From Methanomethylovorans hollandica DSM 15978 (lineage in GTDB: Archaea > Halobacteriota > Methanosarcinia > Methanosarcinales > Methanosarcinaceae): a DNA stretch of 64,000 bases. The translations under genes and the position numbers were made by a program. Positions 63,182 to 64,000 of this stretch are shown here, one piece after another. The stretch spans positions 620,001-684,000 of the forward strand of contig NC_019977.1 of the NCBI RefSeq assembly GCF_000328665.1, in the 5' to 3' direction. Below the pieces are notes generated by a model. It was not told the DNA's origin and made no database searches. It saw nothing but the letters and a program-made list of their open reading frames with translations. Each line of letters begins with the position of its first letter. Position 1 is the first letter of the stretch.

Positions 63182-64000
63182 ATGAAGGCTATTTTTTTTC
63201 AGTTACTATTGATCTCTATCATTTTTCTAATGATACTTGCAGGATGCTACGTTTTTCTGCCAGAAGTTCAGCGGAAGCGGTTTGCATGGACAAAGGACAT
63301 CAAGGATCAAATTCTGTCTCCTCACGTCTATCCGTATCTGATCCTTGCAGGATTCATCTATCTGCTCATGAAATCACAGGTTATTTTTTCAATGCAATCC
63401 AAGGTGATCTATTTTCCACAATTGGCGCAATATATCTTGCTTCTGGAAGGCAGTAAAGTAAGCTATTTCCAGATGGTGATCAACCCTGTACTGACATATA
63501 TAAGTGCTTTCATCTACCTATGTGGTTTCTCATATCTGCTGGTATTTACTTTTCTTTTGCTCATAATTACCCGGCAATTCAAAGTTTTGCAGGAATATGC
63601 TATTGGTTTTATTCTGACATATCTTGTAGCTTTTCCTTTCTATATATTGACGCCTGTGAAGGTGACAGGTTATTCTCTTCCTAATGTAGCACCATTATTG
63701 TATGATCTCGATCCTGCTTTAAGGGAAGCATTGTATATTGTGGACCCACTGCAGGATAATTGTTTTCCTAGTCTGCATGCGGCCTTGTCCATAATGGCAA
63801 TGCTTATAGTTCTGTTCAGAACAGATTTCAAAAGGTTTAAAATTTTTGCAGTTGCATTGACAGTTGCTATACAGTTTACCATATTTTATTTGGGCATACA
63901 CTGGATCACAGATTTCATAGCAGGTATAGCTTTGGGTTGTCTTAGTTATTATGTTGCCACAAGGTATAGTCAGTATATAGCCAGCCACATTCCCTTATTA
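63182..64000 (+). CDS. PAP2/IPC-synthase-like membrane protein (runs off window)
   Basis: Manual translation open from ATG 63182; DNCFPSLHAA, LGIHWITD motifs. Confidence 0.8.
   Translation, partial: MKAIFFQLLLISIIFLMILAGCYVFLPEVQRKRFAWTKDIKDQILSPHVYPYLILAGFIYLLMKSQVIFSMQSKVIYFPQLAQYILLLEGSKVSYFQMVINPVLTYISAFIYLCGFSYLLVFTFLLLIITRQFKVLQEYAIGFILTYLVAFPFYILTPVKVTGYSLPNVAPLLYDLDPALREALYIVDPLQDNCFPSLHAALSIMAMLIVLFRTDFKRFKIFAVALTVAIQFTIFYLGIHWITDFIAGIALGCLSYYVATRYSQYIASHIPLL

Overview
Chromosomal window from a methanogenic archaeon. Gene content points to Methanosarcinaceae, possibly Methanomethylovorans/Methanolobus-like (inference from PAN, TopoVI, RFC-L, MtxX and hgcAB). Core genes alternate with accessory blocks next to three tRNAs (Glu-CTC, Gly-TCC, Leu-TAG). 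Accessory content: (1) an 880-bp IS5-family element that cleanly splits sufS upstream of fdhD; (2) a bacterial-looking cadC-cadA heavy-metal module and a phage-type methylase remnant beside tRNA-Glu; (3) a SOUL-photolyase-MATE cluster; (4) directly after tRNA-Leu, the mercury-methylation operon hgcC-hgcA-hgcB and a type I RM operon with four embedded genes (DUF1016-N, TIGR02391-like, VCH_CASS14-like, divergent class III nucleotide cyclase-like). The best candidates for undescribed biology are the RM-embedded CASS14/cyclase pair and two paralogous, promoter-bearing hairpin sRNA candidates at about 50.9-51.25 kb. Also noted: an apparent compensated frameshift in hgcA, recurring AUA/AUU starts, and two small proteins missing from the ORF track. 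All family assignments come from motif recognition by eye, not database searches.
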